This document shows, one piece after another, positions 1 to 8,903 of a stretch of 64,000 nucleotides of DNA (position 1 is its first letter; each line of letters opens with the position of its first letter). The position numbers and the translations under genes are program-made. Under the pieces are notes generated by a model that saw only the letters and a program-made list of their open reading frames with translations, was not told the origin of the DNA and searched no databases. Origin of the DNA: Patescibacteria group bacterium (GTDB lineage Bacteria > Patescibacteriota > Patescibacteriia > 2-12-FULL-57-11); the NCBI GenBank assembly GCA_004297205.1, contig SCUL01000002.1:252594-316593 (forward strand). Reading direction: 5' to 3'.

Positions 1-146
1 TCCTGTCCCAGGAAGGAACCTTCCCGTCGTAGACCTCCTGAAGCGCGACCACATCGGGCTTGGTCGCACGAATCAGGGCCAGCACCTCATCCATGAGGTG
101 GCCGCCCAACCAGACGTTGAGGCACAGAAACTTCAACTGCATGGGC
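1..146 (-). CDS. endonuclease/exonuclease/phosphatase (EEP) family protein, N-terminal fragment (gene continues beyond window start)
   Basis: Minus-strand ATG at 144-146 followed by MQLKFLCLNVWLGGHLMDEVLALIRATKPDVVALQEV..., typical EEP-family N-terminus (hydrophobic run + NVW motif); open to window edge. Confidence 0.4.
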
Positions 147-201
147 CATATTCAAACAGAAACGGCGGAAAAAGGGAAGCATGAACCTCACAGCAGGACA
201 A

Positions 202-230
202 TTGATTGAATGGAGGAACCATGATATCTT
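202..230 (+). promoter_or_regulatory. candidate sigma70-type promoter (TTGATT-17-TATCTT) for the 258-4226 operon
   Basis: TTGATT at 202-207, 17-nt spacer, TATCTT at 225-230; located in AT-richer divergent intergenic region, ~28 nt upstream of ATG 258. Confidence 0.4.
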
Positions 231-257
231 CTTCTGGTCTTTATCGGACCAGACAGT

Positions 258-1064
258 ATGCTCGCTACGGTCAAATCACGGCTCCGCCGCAGCTGGGCGG
301 CCATCGGCCTGTACCGCGCCTTGAAAAACGCCGCGGTCTTCCCGTTGCGTTTTACACCGCTGCGCACGCTTCAGCTCAAAAACATGCCGCTTGCCGACCT
401 TGCCAAACCGTGGAAGATCGATCTCCTCCGCAAGGTGAGCCCCTACACCAAGAATGGCTATCCCCGGCTGTCCAACATCTTCGACTGCGCGACGGACGTG
501 GAACGCAGGAAGCTGCCGGGCGCCTTCGTGGAGTGCGGTACCTGGAAGGGCGGAACGACCGCGGTCATGGGCGCGGTCGCGCACCGCTTCGGCGGCACGC
601 GGACAACCTGGTATTTCGATTCGTTCGAAGGCATGCCGGCGCCCGCGCCGCAGGACGGCAGCAAGACGGACGAAATTGCGGGTGATGTGCTCAAAGCGTC
701 CGTTGCCGACGTCGAGGAGCTTGTCTTCGGTACGCTCCACCTTCCCCGGGAGAAAAACCGCATCGTCAAAGGGTGGTTCGAGCACACGTTGCCGGACACC
801 AAAGCGCAGATCGGCCCGATCGCGTTGCTGCGTCTCGACGCGGACTGGTACGAAGCGACGAAACTCATCTTGAACGAACTCTATGACCAGGTCGTCCCCG
901 GCGGCTGGCTGATCTTCGACGACTACGGCCGCTGGCAGGGCTGCAAAACCGCCGTCGACGAATTCTTCGCGGCGCGCGGCCTGTCCCCGAAACTGCACTT
1001 CGTCGGCAGCCGCGGCGGCGTCTACGGCGACCGGCTGGCACCGATGTTTTTCCGAAAAACCTAG
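258..1064 (+). CDS. TylF/MycF-family (macrocin-type) SAM-dependent O-methyltransferase
   Basis: Motifs ECGTWKGG (SAM-binding), LLRLDADWYEATK and IFDDYGRW characteristic of TylF/Methyltransf_24 family; ATG verified at 258. Confidence 0.8.
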   Translation: MLATVKSRLRRSWAAIGLYRALKNAAVFPLRFTPLRTLQLKNMPLADLAKPWKIDLLRKVSPYTKNGYPRLSNIFDCATDVERRKLPGAFVECGTWKGGTTAVMGAVAHRFGGTRTTWYFDSFEGMPAPAPQDGSKTDEIAGDVLKASVADVEELVFGTLHLPREKNRIVKGWFEHTLPDTKAQIGPIALLRLDADWYEATKLILNELYDQVVPGGWLIFDDYGRWQGCKTAVDEFFAARGLSPKLHFVGSRGGVYGDRLAPMFFRKT

Positions 1065-1070
1065 TCTCGT

Positions 1071-1847
1071 ATGGAACGTCTCGCCGCGCTGCCGATCGCC
1101 GAACTCCGGCGGCGCGCACAATCGACGGCGCCGGAGGCCGGACGCGATCCCCTCATTGGATTGACGATCCGGTTTTTTTCGATCTACGTCACGAAGGTGC
1201 TGATCGGCACGCCGATCACGCCGAACCAGGTCACGGCGCTTTCGGTGTTCGTTTTCTTGGCCGGCATGGCGCTGTTCGCGTTCGCATCCGTCCCGCTGTA
1301 CGCCGTCGGCATTTTTCTCGTCTACCTCTCGGTGGTGCTCGACGGCGTGGACGGCGAAATCGCGCGTTTGAAATTCCCGGGGCGCAAAGTCGGCAGCCTG
1401 TGGACCGAACCGGTCAGCCATGACATCCAATACGCGCTCATGTACGTGCCGCTCGCGATCAACGCCTGGCAGGTGACCGGATCGGTCGTTCCCGTTTTCG
1501 TCGGACTCGGCGCCGCCATCACGAAACTGCTGTATCGTCTGCTCGACCACCGTTTCGCCCAGCTGCAGTACTGGCTCAAGGTGGAGGCGGGCGCGGCCCA
1601 ATCGGTGCAGACCTTCCAAACGCCGTTCGTGAAAAACGTCGGGTTTCCGCAACGCGCGTATCGCCTGCTGAACCGGAACGTTTTCAGCTCCGTCGGCCTG
1701 GTGGTGCCGCTGGCCGCGTGCGCCGCGTTCAACCGGATCGACGTCTTTCTCTGGATGTTCGGCGTCTACTACCTGACCGTCACCGTCATCGCGTTCCTGA
1801 AGCACGTCCGGTACGTTTCCGGTCTGGCACGCCCGCCCGCGCCCTGA
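1071..1847 (+). CDS. CDP-alcohol phosphatidyltransferase family membrane protein
   Basis: Multi-TM protein with signature LDGVDGEIAR...G...D (D-G-x2-A-R core of CDP-OH_P_transf); 6-nt gap after upstream stop. Confidence 0.75.
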   Translation: MERLAALPIAELRRRAQSTAPEAGRDPLIGLTIRFFSIYVTKVLIGTPITPNQVTALSVFVFLAGMALFAFASVPLYAVGIFLVYLSVVLDGVDGEIARLKFPGRKVGSLWTEPVSHDIQYALMYVPLAINAWQVTGSVVPVFVGLGAAITKLLYRLLDHRFAQLQYWLKVEAGAAQSVQTFQTPFVKNVGFPQRAYRLLNRNVFSSVGLVVPLAACAAFNRIDVFLWMFGVYYLTVTVIAFLKHVRYVSGLARPPAP

Positions 1848-1853
1848 CCTCCT

Positions 1854-2630
1854 ATGCCGAGACCCTTCACCGGGGTCATCCTCGCCGCGGGCATGGGCAC
1901 GCGCCTGGGAGAAATGACCCGGGACATTCCCAAGCCCCTCCTCGCCGTGAACGGCAAGCCGCTCATCGCGTACGGCACGGACTGGATGCGCGCGGCCGGA
2001 GCGGAACGCGTCGTCGTGGTCGGCGGGTACCGCATCGAGCAGCTGCGCGCTTTTTTATCCGCGCACGATCCGGACGTGATCGTTGCAGAGAATCCCGATT
2101 TCGCCACGACCCAGCGCATGGTCAGCCTGTTGGCCGCCGAGCCGCACGTCACGGGCGACCTTCTCGTCCAAGACGGAGACTACATCTTCACGCGTGCCGC
2201 CGCGGAAGCGCTGGAGCAGGATCCCCCGGAGACGATCGTCGTTCACGGGACGCGCCGCCGGGACGCATGCTGGTCGGCCATGGACGTCATCATCCGCACG
2301 GCAGCGGACGGCAGCATGACCGACATCTTCAAGACGTCCGGCACGCAGCCTTTGGGAACGGGCGAATACTATTTCAACAGCCAGGCGTTCTGGCCTGCAG
2401 ACGCCGTCGCGCCGTTCTTCCGCCACGCCCGCGCATTGATCGCCGCCCGCGGGCCGGTCCTGCACGTGGAGGACGCATTGATGGAATACGTCCGGCATGG
2501 TAAGAGCGTGAACGTCCGTCCGATAGAAACGGGCTACTGGGTCGAGGTGGATACCCCCTCCGAAAAAGAGGCCGCGGAACGCTTCGCCGCCGCCTATCTG
2601 AACGATCTCCCGAACGCATGTCCACGCTGA
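1854..2630 (+). CDS. sugar-/alcohol-phosphate nucleotidyltransferase (LicC/IPCT-like cytidylyltransferase)
   Basis: N-terminal GVILAAGMGTRLG...KPLL (G-x-G-x-R NTP_transferase motif), ~258 aa; starts 7 nt after upstream stop. Confidence 0.75.
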   Translation: MPRPFTGVILAAGMGTRLGEMTRDIPKPLLAVNGKPLIAYGTDWMRAAGAERVVVVGGYRIEQLRAFLSAHDPDVIVAENPDFATTQRMVSLLAAEPHVTGDLLVQDGDYIFTRAAAEALEQDPPETIVVHGTRRRDACWSAMDVIIRTAADGSMTDIFKTSGTQPLGTGEYYFNSQAFWPADAVAPFFRHARALIAARGPVLHVEDALMEYVRHGKSVNVRPIETGYWVEVDTPSEKEAAERFAAAYLNDLPNACPR

Positions 2631-3193
2631 ACATCGGTCTCGATTTCGACGGCGTCATCGCCGACACCAGCGCCCTGAAGCGGGAACACGCCCGGGCGCT
2701 GTTCGGCGTGGAGCTGCCGGCAGACCGCCTGAAGGAACAGATGGTGACCGCGGACGGCCTGATGACGCGGGACCAGTACCGCGCGCTCATGCGCGCCGTC
2801 TGTGCCACACGCGACCTGGGACTGCGCATGGCGCCGCTCCCCGGGATGGATGAGGCGCTCCGCGCGTTGGTCGCTTCCGGGCACGACTGCAAAATCATCA
2901 CCGCGAGATGCGAGGAGGAAGTTGCCGTCGCCCGCGAGTGGTGCCTGTCGCGCGCCCTGCCGGACCTGCCGTTCGTCTCCGTCGGCTACGGCATGCCGAA
3001 GACGGAAGCGGCGCGCGGCCTGGACGCGTATATCGACGATGACCTCCAGAAACTCCTCCCGCTGGTCGGCGCCGTACCGCACCTGTTTCTCTTCACCCAG
3101 CCGCACAACGCGGGGGACGCTGTCCCGCCGGGCATCCGCCGCGTCGCGTCGTGGTACGAATTCACGACGCACCTCGCCGCCGTCCCCTCCTGA
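2618..3193 (+). CDS. HAD-superfamily hydrolase (phosphatase-like)
   Basis: N-terminal IGLDFDGVIADT (HAD motif I DxDG), internal KIITAR/DDD-like motifs; overlaps upstream gene by 13 nt. Confidence 0.65.
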   Translation: MSTLNIGLDFDGVIADTSALKREHARALFGVELPADRLKEQMVTADGLMTRDQYRALMRAVCATRDLGLRMAPLPGMDEALRALVASGHDCKIITARCEEEVAVAREWCLSRALPDLPFVSVGYGMPKTEAARGLDAYIDDDLQKLLPLVGAVPHLFLFTQPHNAGDAVPPGIRRVASWYEFTTHLAAVPS

Positions 3194-3194
3194 T

Positions 3195-4226
3195 ATGCAG
3201 CCCGCGGAACCCCGCCAGCCCGAAGACGCGCATTTTGCGCCGATCGCCGAAATCTTCGGCCTGCGCGGCGGCGTGAATTCAGAAATCCGTTACGTGCGTT
3301 CCCCGCTCGGCACCCTCACGGTGGAAGCGCGGTACGGCGCAAAGAAGGGCGGCTTCCCCCACGCGGAGGCGGTACGCTGGAGCGACGACATCGCCGCGTA
3401 CCACGATGAGCTCGCACGCCGCGGCGTCCCCTTGCCTCCCTTGGAACGGATGGTCATCGAACATGACCGCGCGACGGAACGCGCCGTCATCGTAAAAACC
3501 TCTCCGTGGACCGGCCACGACGTCAGCCACCTGTTGGAACATACTCCGGTCGGCGGTGACCCGGACGCCGTCGCGCGCCTCGTCCGGCAGATCTGCGCCA
3601 TCCTCGTGCCGATCTGCGCGGAACGCCATGTGGGGTGGGAAACGGAAGTCGGCATCGACCCGCGCTGCAGCAACTTCACCGTCGACGCCGACGCACGGAT
3701 GTGGTTCGTGGACCTGTTTCCCCCGCGCTTCCGCAAAAACGGCATCCCCATCGTCGAATGGCCGCACCCGCAGAGCGATGAAGGGTTCCGTCTCGGCGTG
3801 TTCAAACACTTCGACGTCCGCGGCATCGCGCTCACCACCATCGCCCAACTCTCCCGCATTCTCCCTCTGCAGAAAGCGGCGTTCGAGAACGACGTGATCG
3901 CGGGTCTCGCCGCGGCGCTCCGCCCCGAAGAACGGACGGAGCTTGCCGACGGGCTTGCGAGAAGTCCGTGGCACCGCGTACGGACGGCGCTCGCCGCGGG
4001 AAACACGGCCGAGGTGGCGGCGATCATCGCCGGCGCGCCGACGGAACCGGTCTTCGGCGCCCCGTATGGCGTCTATGCATTGCGCGAAATCGCGCTCGAA
4101 CTCGCCGCGGCCGGACGGCTGACGCGGCAGGCCCTGGAAGATTTTTTCCGCGCCTCGCACTACGAGGATGCGCTTCCCAAGGAGAGGCTGGAAGGACTGA
4201 TCCGACAACTCCAGGCGGCCACATAA
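3195..4226 (+). CDS. hypothetical protein, possibly kinase-like (APH/choline-kinase-like fold)
   Basis: ATG at 3195 two nt after HAD stop (TGA-TA-ATG); the long upstream extension of ORF 2802-4226 is Arg/Ser-rich junk; segment GIDPRCSNFTVD...WFVDLFPP loosely resembles a kinase catalytic/Mg-binding region. Confidence 0.5.
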   Translation: MQPAEPRQPEDAHFAPIAEIFGLRGGVNSEIRYVRSPLGTLTVEARYGAKKGGFPHAEAVRWSDDIAAYHDELARRGVPLPPLERMVIEHDRATERAVIVKTSPWTGHDVSHLLEHTPVGGDPDAVARLVRQICAILVPICAERHVGWETEVGIDPRCSNFTVDADARMWFVDLFPPRFRKNGIPIVEWPHPQSDEGFRLGVFKHFDVRGIALTTIAQLSRILPLQKAAFENDVIAGLAAALRPEERTELADGLARSPWHRVRTALAAGNTAEVAAIIAGAPTEPVFGAPYGVYALREIALELAAAGRLTRQALEDFFRASHYEDALPKERLEGLIRQLQAAT

Positions 4227-4256
4227 AACGCCGGTCCCGAAAGGACCGGCGTTTTG
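4225..4256. terminator. bidirectional rho-independent terminator between convergent genes
   Basis: Perfect hairpin AAAACGCCGGTCC-cgaaa-GGACCGGCGTTTT (4225-4255) starting inside TAA stop of 3195-4226 and followed by T-run; A-run on other side serves minus-strand gene ending 4270. Confidence 0.8.
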
Positions 4257-4269
4257 TCGATCCGCGCGG

Positions 4270-4923
4270 TTACTTCTTGCGGAGGAAGTAACAGACGCGC
4301 TTCGAGAACCATTTTGACGCAGGAAGCTTCACACCCGGCACGTACGGAACGAATCCGCCGTCGTATCGCACGTCCTCCCGCGTAAAGTTGACGAGGAAGG
4401 TCTTTGCAAAGACGTCACGGGTTAAAAAGGTGATATGGTTGTTGACCGTGTTGAAGCCCGTGATGTTATTCGAAACGAGGTATTGCACCCTCGCCCACAC
4501 GCTTTCTCCGCTCGGGAAGGAAAGGATGAATGACCCTCCTGGTTTCAACACCCGCGCCGCTTCGCGAGCAAATAAAAAGGGATTTTCCAGGTGCTCCATC
4601 ACCTGGATCGCGGTGACCACGTCGAATGACGCGTCCGCAAAGGGAAGCGCGTCGCGGGACAGATCCAGCACCCGTACCTTGTCCCGCAACGCCTCATGAC
4701 GCACGGAGTTCACGATGTCCGCGCCAAACACTCTTGCCGTTTCGTCACTCTCCTGGATCACCCGCATCGTGCCGCCGGAGCCGCAGCCCAAGTCAAGATA
4801 CGCCTGACCCTTCGGCTGACGGGCCAGGAACGCACGGAAGAACGGCCGCTTCGTCACCCACGCCTGGGAGAATGCGTACCGTTCATTTCCGTAGCTCCAT
4901 GTAGATGGCGCCGTGGTTGACAT
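4270..4923 (-). CDS. class I SAM-dependent methyltransferase
   Basis: LDLGCGSGG SAM motif, D..D acidic loop, Methyltransf_11-like; ATG start chosen at 4923 (M28 of track ORF; upstream part begins with GTG and overlaps next gene). Confidence 0.65.
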   Translation of the reverse strand: MSTTAPSTWSYGNERYAFSQAWVTKRPFFRAFLARQPKGQAYLDLGCGSGGTMRVIQESDETARVFGADIVNSVRHEALRDKVRVLDLSRDALPFADASFDVVTAIQVMEHLENPFLFAREAARVLKPGGSFILSFPSGESVWARVQYLVSNNITGFNTVNNHITFLTRDVFAKTFLVNFTREDVRYDGGFVPYVPGVKLPASKWFSKRVCYFLRKK

Positions 4924-4931
4924 AAGAGAGA

Positions 4932-5756
4932 TCAGGGTTTCCGTCCGACCAGGAAATGGGCCTGTGCCAATCGCGGACCCGTCTCGAGCGGATACTCCCG
5001 CCACAGGCGGCGAACGCGCGCGACGCCGCGATCCAGGTACGTGAGGGCGCTGTCCAGCGGAAGATAGACCGGCACGAACAGCGGGAACGGGTTGACGTGC
5101 GTGATCGTGAGATCCACGAACCCCGCCGCGGCGGCGTGCGCGGCGTATTGCTCCGCGGTGTCGTTGTTCCTGTAGTAATCCTTCTTCGGGGGCGTCGTTC
5201 GGAACGGACGGATCAGCCGCTTATAGACGGCGTTCAACGACTGCACCGAACGTTTCCCGGGGATGTTCAACGACACCATCAACCCGCCGGGGCGCAAGAC
5301 GCGCAGCGTCTCCGCCATCACCTCGCGGTAATCCTGGAAATGCTCCAAGAGTCCGATGGAACACGCGACATCGAACGCGCCGTCGGGAAAAGGCAAATGC
5401 CGTACGTCGGCCGCGACGAAGGTCCCCGTGCCGCCGTGGTGCGCGAAGTTCCTCCGGGAAAGATCGAGCGCGTCCTCGGAGAGGTCCACGAGCGTCACAT
5501 CGAGGCCGTCGTACGTGTTCAAGTACAGCCCCGCGGTCCCGCGGCCGCACCCGAGTTCGATCGCGTTCTTGAACCCCCGGCCGCGGATCGCGCGACGGAT
5601 GAAGTCGCTGTACCAAAACAGGGAAAACTGCCGCTGCGTCCGAGGCACGCCTCCCTTCGGGACGTAGACCGTCCATTCTTCGCGGTTCACGCCCCCAAGG
5701 CCGGCCATTTTCCACTTCGTTTCAAAAGCGGAGTTGTCCTGCGCAGGCGCGTTCAT
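4932..5756 (-). CDS. class I SAM-dependent methyltransferase
   Basis: IELGCGRGTAG...LVDLS...DVACSIGLLEHF motifs; real start MNAPAQD at 5756 (ATGA overlap with stop of upstream gene at 5753-5755); upstream part of track ORF is Arg-rich junk. Confidence 0.7.
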   Translation of the reverse strand: MNAPAQDNSAFETKWKMAGLGGVNREEWTVYVPKGGVPRTQRQFSLFWYSDFIRRAIRGRGFKNAIELGCGRGTAGLYLNTYDGLDVTLVDLSEDALDLSRRNFAHHGGTGTFVAADVRHLPFPDGAFDVACSIGLLEHFQDYREVMAETLRVLRPGGLMVSLNIPGKRSVQSLNAVYKRLIRPFRTTPPKKDYYRNNDTAEQYAAHAAAAGFVDLTITHVNPFPLFVPVYLPLDSALTYLDRGVARVRRLWREYPLETGPRLAQAHFLVGRKP

Positions 5757-7144
5757 ACCGACGCAGGGTACCGCCCGAGCGCGAACGCGGCAACCGCGCG
5801 GCCCAGGCGCTCGCCGGACTTTCCGTCGACCGTGCCGCAGAAGAATCGGACCAGCGACGCGCGCTCGCGCGCGCGCAGGGACGGGTCCGCGAGGAACGCG
5901 GCCACGGCCTCGTGCAGCCCCTGCTCGGAGCGCACCATCCACGGCGCCCCGCTCGCCACGACCCGGCGGTAGTACTCCGTGGTGTACCACTTCGCGATCG
6001 AATCCCCGAACGGCTTGCGCGCGTAGCCGTCGAAGGCGACGTTGATGACCGGTTTGTCGAATGCCGCCGCGTCGAGGGTCAGCGTCGAATTCGAGGTGAT
6101 CAGGAGGTCGCAGTGGCGGAGCAGGTTCGCCATGTGGCGGATCTGCGCGTCGCTGTAATCCCACTGGTCGCGGAAACCCGCGGACGGGGCGTAGGTGGCG
6201 TCGATGCGGACGTCCGGATCGGATGCGAACCGGGAAAACTTCTGTGCGTCTCCTTTGTAGATGAAATGCGGACGGATGAAGAGCTGGGCGGGCGCGCCAA
6301 AGCCTCCCGACCGGATCCCTTTGAGCAGCATGTCGACGATGTCCGGATCATGCTTCGCGATCTTCCCTTCCGAGGCGTACACGATCACTTTCTTCGCCGG
6401 ATCCAACCCGAGCCCGCGGAGGAACTCGGCGCGCGGCACGACGAGGCGCTCGTCGCGGTAGGCGTCGAACTGCGGAATCCCGGTTTCCACAACGTCGGCA
6501 TCCCGCATGTTCTGGAACGTCCGCGCCTCCTCCCGGGAATACGGCGCCCAGACGGCCATGCGGTCCGGTTTCACGCGGACGCTCATTTTGGATAGGTTGT
6601 CCCAAGACTTCGGCATGCCGATGATCGGGACGCCGCGTTGCCGCGCCTGCTTGGCCACGGACACGTCCATGTCTTCCATGATGCTGGTACAAAAAACCGC
6701 GACCGGGTCGTACCGGGCAAAAAGGTCGCCGTAGGTGCGGTCGCGTACGAGCGCCGCATCAAGGGCGCGCGCTGCTTCCTTGAGCCAGCCGATCGTACGC
6801 AACGGGCGGAAGACGATGCGCTTCGCCCAATAGCGCGCCGTGTTCGCTTCCTTGGGATCGTAAATGCCGTAGCGGTCGCGCATCTCGGTGCTTGCGTTGT
6901 ACACGAGCGCCTTGTGCAGGCCCACCAGCAGGCCGTCCAGCCAGCTCCAGCGCGGCTCGGACAACGGCGCGAACGTCACGCCGGGCGCGGAAAACTCCGC
7001 CAAGAATCGCGGGTCGTTCCAGGCGGGAGTGAGGACCACCAATCGCAGTCCGGACGCGCGCAGCACCCGGAGCACGTCCGTCTTCAAGATATTGCGCGCG
7101 GTGCCGCCGCGCGACACGGTGACGAAAAGGACGCGCTCGTTCAC
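5753..7144 (-). CDS. CDP-glycerol glycerophosphotransferase (TagB/TagF, Glyphos_transf) family protein
   Basis: C-terminal ...LLITSNSTLTLDAAAFDKPVINV... typical of Glyphos_transf; paralogue of 13546-14925. Confidence 0.55.
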   Translation of the reverse strand: MNERVLFVTVSRGGTARNILKTDVLRVLRASGLRLVVLTPAWNDPRFLAEFSAPGVTFAPLSEPRWSWLDGLLVGLHKALVYNASTEMRDRYGIYDPKEANTARYWAKRIVFRPLRTIGWLKEAARALDAALVRDRTYGDLFARYDPVAVFCTSIMEDMDVSVAKQARQRGVPIIGMPKSWDNLSKMSVRVKPDRMAVWAPYSREEARTFQNMRDADVVETGIPQFDAYRDERLVVPRAEFLRGLGLDPAKKVIVYASEGKIAKHDPDIVDMLLKGIRSGGFGAPAQLFIRPHFIYKGDAQKFSRFASDPDVRIDATYAPSAGFRDQWDYSDAQIRHMANLLRHCDLLITSNSTLTLDAAAFDKPVINVAFDGYARKPFGDSIAKWYTTEYYRRVVASGAPWMVRSEQGLHEAVAAFLADPSLRARERASLVRFFCGTVDGKSGERLGRAVAAFALGRYPASV

Positions 7145-7147
7145 AGG

Positions 7148-7909
7148 TTACGGGTGCGTTGCAGCGGGGTCGTAACTGGCGTATCCCTTCCAGGTGCCGA
7201 CGTCCACCGGCCGGTCGTGCCGCCGGAGCACGTAGCAGACCTTCTCGCTCAGCCGACGCTGCACCCATGCAACGGGGGGCAGGCGCAGCTTCCGACCCGC
7301 GAAACGGATGAACGGATTGCTGTAGTCCGTCCGCTCAAGAGTGAAATACGGCCCGACCATCTTTTGGAAAACGTCCGCGGTCTGGAACGAAATGTGGTTG
7401 TTGCGGAGGTTGAAACCGATCACGTTGCCTGAGCGCAGGAACCGCAGCCGGCTCGGCAGAGAAAAACCGTGCGGAATGGAGATCACGCACCGGCCACCGA
7501 CCTTGAGGACGCGGGCGAACTCGCGCACTGCGTGCCACGGGTTCTCTACGTGCTCCAGCATTTGCAGGGCAATCACGCCGTCGACGCTCCCGTCCGCGAA
7601 CGGCAGCCGGTCGTGGTTGGCGTCCCATTGCGTGAACGGAAGCGCCTGCGCGGCGGGTGAGGAACGGTAATCATGGATGTCGCACGGCTGGAGGTTGCGG
7701 AAGCCGAGCGACAGCAGCATCTCGGAGAGCGCTCCGCTGCCGCTGCCGATGTCCAGCACGCGGCCGGCCTTGGGAACGTCCCGCATCCACGAAGCCACCT
7801 TGTTCTCGCGGATGCCCCAAGAAGCCATGCCGGCGTAATGCGCACGCAGTTCGCCGGCCTTGGCACGGAGGGTTTCGGGATCGAGATGCGGATGGAAATG
7901 TTCGGCCAT
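7148..7909 (-). CDS. class I SAM-dependent methyltransferase
   Basis: VLDIGSGSGALS...DGVIALQMLEHV motifs; paralogue of 4270-4923. Confidence 0.7.
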   Translation of the reverse strand: MAEHFHPHLDPETLRAKAGELRAHYAGMASWGIRENKVASWMRDVPKAGRVLDIGSGSGALSEMLLSLGFRNLQPCDIHDYRSSPAAQALPFTQWDANHDRLPFADGSVDGVIALQMLEHVENPWHAVREFARVLKVGGRCVISIPHGFSLPSRLRFLRSGNVIGFNLRNNHISFQTADVFQKMVGPYFTLERTDYSNPFIRFAGRKLRLPPVAWVQRRLSEKVCYVLRRHDRPVDVGTWKGYASYDPAATHP

Positions 7910-7913
7910 ACCG

Positions 7914-8894
7914 TCACGCCGCGCCGGGCTCGCCCGGCAGCGATACGTTTTCGTCCCAATTCCACACCACGGCGCCCTGGGCGTCGCGCGAGGCGAAGCG
8001 GCCGCGGTAGTAGTCGCGGTTCAGCATTTCGGCATGGGAGAGCGGACGCGTTTCGCTTCCGAGCATCGCCGTGAATTCCGGAATCATCCGGCGCGCCTCG
8101 GCATGGCGGGCGTGGATCGGCAGCTTGGCGAACGCGGCGAGTTCCTTGAGCTCTTTCGGTCCGATGGACACCGGGCCGTCTTTGGTTTCCTCCGGCGGCA
8201 GGATCGTGAAGTGCCGTTCGATCACGTCGGCCCCCATCGCGAGCGCGGCAAGCGACGCCTTGATGCCGTCGCGGGCCACGAGGGTGTGGTCGCTGAACCC
8301 CACGGACGGCGTGAAGCGGCGCAGCCAGCGCATCCGGTTCAGGTGGGCCTCCGCGAGCGGTGTCGGGTAGATGCTCACGCAATGCAGAAACGAGAAGCTG
8401 TGGATACCCAACGCCTGGGCCGTCCGCTCGACTTCCCAGTCGTAGCACGTCCCGGTGGAAATGAAGAGGTGCGAAAAATGCTGCGCCAGCGAACGGATTA
8501 ACGGCAGCGACGCGCCGTCGAAGCTCGCGACCTTCACCTCTTTCCATCCCAGCGCGACCATGTCCTTCACGCGGCCGCGCGTGAAGATGGTCGTGAGCGG
8601 GCGGATCCCCACGCGCTGGCATTCATCGACGAACCAGGCGTAATCATCCATGGTCAGATCCATGGGACGAAGGCGGGCGTACTCCGCGCCGTAGGGGCGC
8701 TTGATCACCTGGACGACACCATGCTCGTCCGTGATCCCCTCCTCAAAACGGTCGCGTTTCACCAGGTCGTCGGCGAACGCGGTTTGTATCTTGGCATGAG
8801 TGGCGCCGGCCTCATGGGCGGCCGCGATCATCTCCCGGAGCGCGCCGCGGTCCCCCTTGTGGTTTTGGCAAAATTCGGCGATCAGCGTGGTCAT
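7914..8894 (-). CDS. nonulosonic (sialic/legionaminic/pseudaminic-type) acid synthase, NeuB family
   Basis: N-terminal IAEFCQNHKGD...AKIQT matches NeuB/PseI/LegI signature; C-terminal SAF-like region. Confidence 0.75.
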   Translation of the reverse strand: MTTLIAEFCQNHKGDRGALREMIAAAHEAGATHAKIQTAFADDLVKRDRFEEGITDEHGVVQVIKRPYGAEYARLRPMDLTMDDYAWFVDECQRVGIRPLTTIFTRGRVKDMVALGWKEVKVASFDGASLPLIRSLAQHFSHLFISTGTCYDWEVERTAQALGIHSFSFLHCVSIYPTPLAEAHLNRMRWLRRFTPSVGFSDHTLVARDGIKASLAALAMGADVIERHFTILPPEETKDGPVSIGPKELKELAAFAKLPIHARHAEARRMIPEFTAMLGSETRPLSHAEMLNRDYYRGRFASRDAQGAVVWNWDENVSLPGEPGAA

Positions 8895-8903
8895 ATTGCG
8901 GCG

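Noticed and set aside
276-1805. 509-aa minus-strand ORF overlapping the TylF methyltransferase and CDP-alcohol transferase genes
   Set aside because: Product is Arg/Asp/Glu/Gly-rich with no motifs, whereas the plus-strand frames carry clear TylF and CDP-OH_P_transf signatures.
2802-3194. N-terminal 131-codon extension of ORF 2802-4226
   Set aside because: The extension is Arg/Ser-rich and overlaps the HAD gene in another frame. An ATG at 3195, placed 2 nt after the HAD stop, gives an operon-style junction, so the CDS is called from 3195.
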